From NCBI GenBank assembly GCA_020697515.1, contig JAIXNB010000037.1, forward strand, positions 1 through 8,846: a DNA stretch of 8,846 bases, given 5' to 3'. The DNA is from Nanobdellota archaeon. GTDB lineage: Archaea > Nanobdellota > Nanobdellia > Nanobdellales > Nanobdellaceae. Shown one piece after another: positions 6,300 through 8,846 of this stretch. Below the pieces are notes generated by a model. That model did not search any database and was not told the DNA's origin. It saw only the letters and a program-made list of their open reading frames with translations. Position 1 is the stretch's first letter. Every line of letters begins with the position of its first letter. A program made the position numbers and the translations under genes.

Positions 6300-6911
6300 T
6301 TATCCTTTTCTCATTTTTATTTCTTCACATATATTTAAAGATAACATTCTTTTCGCAATTTCTTTAGGCAATGTGTATATCTCTTCGGGATTGAAGGGAC
6401 CATATATCTTTCCATCAGGACCAACAATTTGAGAAAATTCTTTTGTAAATATAACTAGAACTTTGTTTATTCTCTTTGTTCTTTTTTCCATCAGTGGTTT
6501 AACATCTTCGAATAGTTTATTTATTTCTGGAGGCTCTCCTAAAAATATATTTTCCAAAACATGTTTATAATACCCCCTTAACAATGCGGATACCACATCA
6601 AATAATATTCTCTCTTCTCTAGTCATATCATTTCTCTCAGCTATCTTTATATTCTCCTTCGCCTCGAATAAAGCTAGATTAATTAGTTTCTCTAGTCTAA
6701 TGTTAACAATTTGTTTTATGAGCTCCTTTAGGTTCTCTAACTCTAACTTTAACCTTTTATGTTCTTCATCTTCTTCTCCTAATTCAAGAAATCTTTTATA
6801 TCTTTTTATCATATCTGAAACACGTTTATAAAATTGTTCTTCAAGTGGTTCTAACTTATTTTTCATCCTTTTTTCTCTTTCATAGACTGCAAAAATATCA
6901 GAAATATCCAT
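6300..6911 (-). CDS. gins51: GINS subunit, Gins51/Gins15 (Sld5/Psf1-like) family
   Basis: The N-terminal A-domain pattern is MDI..I....E.....L.PL.E.FY.RV...I...........E.......LE..N....I...VNIRLEKLINLA. The C-terminal B-domain pattern VLVIFTKEFSQIVGPDGKIYGPFNPEEIYTLPKEIAKRMLSLNICEEI resembles the (V.FL.D.P.FVG.D...YGP....D...LP...A..L......EEI) pattern of archaeal Gins51. This is pattern recognition only. Confidence 0.6.
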   Translation of the reverse strand: MDISDIFAVYEREKRMKNKLEPLEEQFYKRVSDMIKRYKRFLELGEEDEEHKRLKLELENLKELIKQIVNIRLEKLINLALFEAKENIKIAERNDMTREERILFDVVSALLRGYYKHVLENIFLGEPPEINKLFEDVKPLMEKRTKRINKVLVIFTKEFSQIVGPDGKIYGPFNPEEIYTLPKEIAKRMLSLNICEEIKMRKG

Positions 6912-6923
6912 GGGGTATTATAG

Positions 6924-6931
6924 TTTTAAAA
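6924..6931. promoter_or_regulatory. Palindromic TATA-like box TTTTAAAA in the divergent gins51 / reverse gyrase region
   Basis: It is centred about 27 nt upstream of ATG 6955 (the reverse gyrase start preferred here) and about 17 nt from the gins51 ATG (6911, minus strand). The sequence is its own reverse complement, so it could be read in both directions. Confidence 0.35.
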
Positions 6932-6954
6932 TGATAAGTACGTTACACATGATT

Positions 6955-8709
6955 ATGTATCTGTATATAAAACAAGGATGTTTTAATTGTCAAAATACTA
7001 TATATTCTGAGAGACTAAGGCATAGTGTTCCCTGTGAGAGAGATATTGATGATGAAGCTTATTTTGATGTAATTCAAAAGTTTCATGATAAAGAATCATT
7101 ATACGAGTATTTATATATGTATCTAAATAGAGAAGGAAGGCTTTTTAAGTTTAAGGAGTTGTATGATCTACACAAAGCTACAAGAGATTTCATTAGTTTC
7201 TTTCTGAAAATTTTGGATTCTGAACCGTGGTCCATACAAATAACTTGGTTTAAAAGATTGTATAACAAATTCTCATTCTCAATGATAGCTCCAACAGGAA
7301 CAGGGAAGACCACTTTTATAGCAGTATCCTCGATCTATTTCTCCTCAAAGTTAAATAAGAAGATCTATATAGTATTACCGACAACAGTTCTTGTAGAACA
7401 AGTGTATGAACGAATTGTTCAATTTGTAGAGAAAATAGACACTTCTCTAAATGTTGTTGCATATCTTAGAAAGAACAAAAAGGAAGCTAAAGAAAGAATA
7501 ATCAAGGGAGAATTTGATATACTTATAACATCTAATCAATTTTTGTCTAGGAATTTTGATATACTTAAAGATAAAAAATTTGATATAATCTTTGTTGATG
7601 ATGTAGATGCATTCTTCAAAGGATCTAAAAATATAGAGAGAGTTCTAATCCTCTTGGGGTTTACAGATGAAGATATAAATACCGCTTATGAGATGATAAA
7701 AGCTAAAAGGCAAGGAGATTTTGAATTGGTAAAGAAACTTAATGAAAAGTTAGAAAAAGTAAAATCCAAACCTCATGGAATATTAATATTATCTTCAGCT
7801 ACCGGAAGGATTCGTGGAACAAGGACAAAGTTATATAGAGAACTTTTGAATTTCACGGCAGGAACAGGTACTACCAAAATTAGAAATATAATTGATACAT
7901 ATGTACTGCCTAAACAGGATTTAAAGATCGAAGTATATAAATTGGTGAATCTTTTAGGGGACGGAATAGTTATATTTGTTACTAGAGAACAAGGAGTGAA
8001 GTTTGCAAAGGAACTTTATGAATTTTTGAGGGATAGAAATGTCAGAGCAGGTATAGTTGTATCTGAAATCAAAGGAAGTACAGAGAACATCAAAAAGTTT
8101 GCTAATAAAGAATTAAATGTCCTTATAGGTATTGCACACTTCTATGGATTATTGGTTAGAGGGTTAGATCTACCTACTAGAGTTAAATATGTTATATTCA
8201 CAGGAATTCCTAAAATAAGAATTAACTTAACTAGAAAAGAGAGGAATGCTAACAATTTGATGATACTTGCAAACATACTTTTAGATATCTTACCACAAGA
8301 TCGATCTAGAGAACTAAAAATATTATTAAGAAAACTCCAAAGAGCTTTTAGGAGGCTGTCTTCAGAAGCTTTTAGGGTACTATCTGAAAGCTTTGAGCGA
8401 GGGACATCAATTGATGGTTGGTTGGAAAATCTTAGACAACAATTAGAAAGGTTGTACAATATTGTATCAGAAATATTAGATAAAGAGGATATTATTGAGA
8501 AATTAAAGAACCATCCAGATGTTAGTATAACAATTTCTAATGGAGATATTTGGTTAAACTTACCGGATATAAAAACCTACATACAAGCATCTGGAAGGAG
8601 CTCTAGATTATATGCAGGGGGTATTACTAAAGGTTTAAGTATCATACTAGTCGATGATGAAAAACTGTTGAGAAGTTTGGAGAGAAAGATGAAACTATAT
8701 TTTGATTAA
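6955..8709 (+). CDS. rgy: Reverse gyrase, N-terminal helicase-like half only (split reverse gyrase)
   Basis: The maximal ORF begins at 6910. ATG 6955 (or 6949) is preferred because reverse gyrases start a few residues before the zinc finger (here CFNC-x14-CERD) and a TATA-like box lies about 27 nt upstream. Diagnostic reverse gyrase motifs: F..FF......PW.IQ..W.KR......FS.IAPTGTGKTTF (Walker A at 7288-7314), ILITSNQFLSRN, FDIIFVDDVDAFFKGSKNIERVLILLGF (motif II near 7594-7608), ILILSSATG, FRELLNF-like LYRELLNFTAG, LNVLIGIAHFYGLLVRGLDLPTRVKYVIFTGIPK, and YIQASGRSSRLYAGGITKGLSIILVDDEKL (motif VI at 8584-8607). The ORF ends 40 aa after motif VI, with no Toprim/topoisomerase IA domain. Confidence 0.9.
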   Translation: MYLYIKQGCFNCQNTIYSERLRHSVPCERDIDDEAYFDVIQKFHDKESLYEYLYMYLNREGRLFKFKELYDLHKATRDFISFFLKILDSEPWSIQITWFKRLYNKFSFSMIAPTGTGKTTFIAVSSIYFSSKLNKKIYIVLPTTVLVEQVYERIVQFVEKIDTSLNVVAYLRKNKKEAKERIIKGEFDILITSNQFLSRNFDILKDKKFDIIFVDDVDAFFKGSKNIERVLILLGFTDEDINTAYEMIKAKRQGDFELVKKLNEKLEKVKSKPHGILILSSATGRIRGTRTKLYRELLNFTAGTGTTKIRNIIDTYVLPKQDLKIEVYKLVNLLGDGIVIFVTREQGVKFAKELYEFLRDRNVRAGIVVSEIKGSTENIKKFANKELNVLIGIAHFYGLLVRGLDLPTRVKYVIFTGIPKIRINLTRKERNANNLMILANILLDILPQDRSRELKILLRKLQRAFRRLSSEAFRVLSESFERGTSIDGWLENLRQQLERLYNIVSEILDKEDIIEKLKNHPDVSITISNGDIWLNLPDIKTYIQASGRSSRLYAGGITKGLSIILVDDEKLLRSLERKMKLYFD

Positions 8710-8735
8710 AGCATAGTTGATATAATTCAGTCGCC

Positions 8736-8807
8736 AGTTAACAATATGTTAAATAGATGTTAACACCATGTTAACTAATGTTAACATAATCTATGAAGGT
8801 TGTTAAA
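8736..8807. repeat. Helically phased array of (A/T)GTTAA(C/A) boxes (four GTTAAC palindromes plus two GTTAAA variants)
   Basis: The boxes are AGTTAAC 8736-8742, ATGTTAAA 8746-8753, ATGTTAAC 8757-8764, ATGTTAAC 8768-8775, ATGTTAAC 8778-8785 and TGTTAAA 8801-8807. The spacing of box starts is 10, 11, 11 and 10 bp, then about 22 bp. By eye, only one other GTTAAC occurs in the remaining 8.7 kb (6702-6707, inside the gins51 CDS). Confidence 0.7.
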
Positions 8808-8846
8808 ATATTAAGGGCAGGATATCCTAAGGATATATATTATTAA

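Noticed and set aside
7083-7313. 76-aa ORF on the minus strand
   Set aside because: It is antisense to the reverse gyrase CDS, including the Walker A region. Shadow ORF.
8142-8459. 105-aa ORF on the minus strand
   Set aside because: It is antisense to the reverse gyrase CDS, with no independent support.
8653-8660. C-box-like GATGATGA that might indicate a C/D box sRNA
   Set aside because: It encodes the conserved VDDEK of reverse gyrase. No CTGA D box or C'/D' pair occurs at appropriate spacing downstream.
8710-8763. In-frame readthrough peptide after the reverse gyrase stop (SIVDIIQSPVNNMLNRC), whose IIQSP faintly resembles the (I/V)VESP start of the Toprim domain
   Set aside because: The resemblance covers only five residues. 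The frame closes after 17 codons, inside the GTTAAC repeat array. The position is also closer to motif VI than the Toprim start is in full-length enzymes. Most likely coincidence, and at best an unprovable relic.
1-8846. Search for tRNA genes, split tRNA halves, rRNA, CRISPR repeats, transposase/integrase genes and defence-system signatures
   Set aside because: No GC-rich islands occur in the few short intergenic spacers, and no cloverleaf-compatible or repeat-spacer structure was found. No ORF carries nuclease, recombinase or ATPase motifs other than the reverse gyrase helicase. Apart from the surface-protein cluster, the window is a housekeeping region.

Overview
AT-rich (roughly 30% GC) archaeal chromosomal window. 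The proteins are Lys/Ile/Glu/Tyr-rich and a reverse gyrase gene is present, both typical of a hyperthermophile. The reverse gyrase ORF stops at the helicase/topoisomerase junction, the split arrangement known from Nanoarchaeum equitans, so the source is probably N. equitans or a close nanoarchaeal relative (inference; no search was possible). Layout, left to right: (1) a plus-strand run of four genes (partial ORF to 401, 398-1723, 1784-2824, 2831-3721) encoding Cys-rich, beta-rich exported proteins with no recognisable enzymatic motif. One has a pilin-like (class III) or signal-anchor N-terminus and two carry identical lipoboxes (LLAGC-TN). Short shared motifs (IPIC; C-terminal ISIKL...KIV) indicate a paralogous family, and this is the best candidate for an undescribed cell-surface system. 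(2) A housekeeping operon aIF2-alpha / Nop10 / PAC2-family proteasome chaperone; Nop10 is a 58-aa ORF missing from the supplied track. (3) A convergent minus-strand operon Gins51-like / ribosomal protein L44e / unknown 155-aa protein with an internal duplication. (4) The reverse gyrase helicase half. (5) A 3' intergenic region with (A/T)GTTAA(C/A) boxes at 10-11 bp spacing, followed by two AGGATAT boxes 11 bp apart and a TATA-like tract at the window edge. No tRNA, rRNA, CRISPR, transposase or integrase signal was seen.
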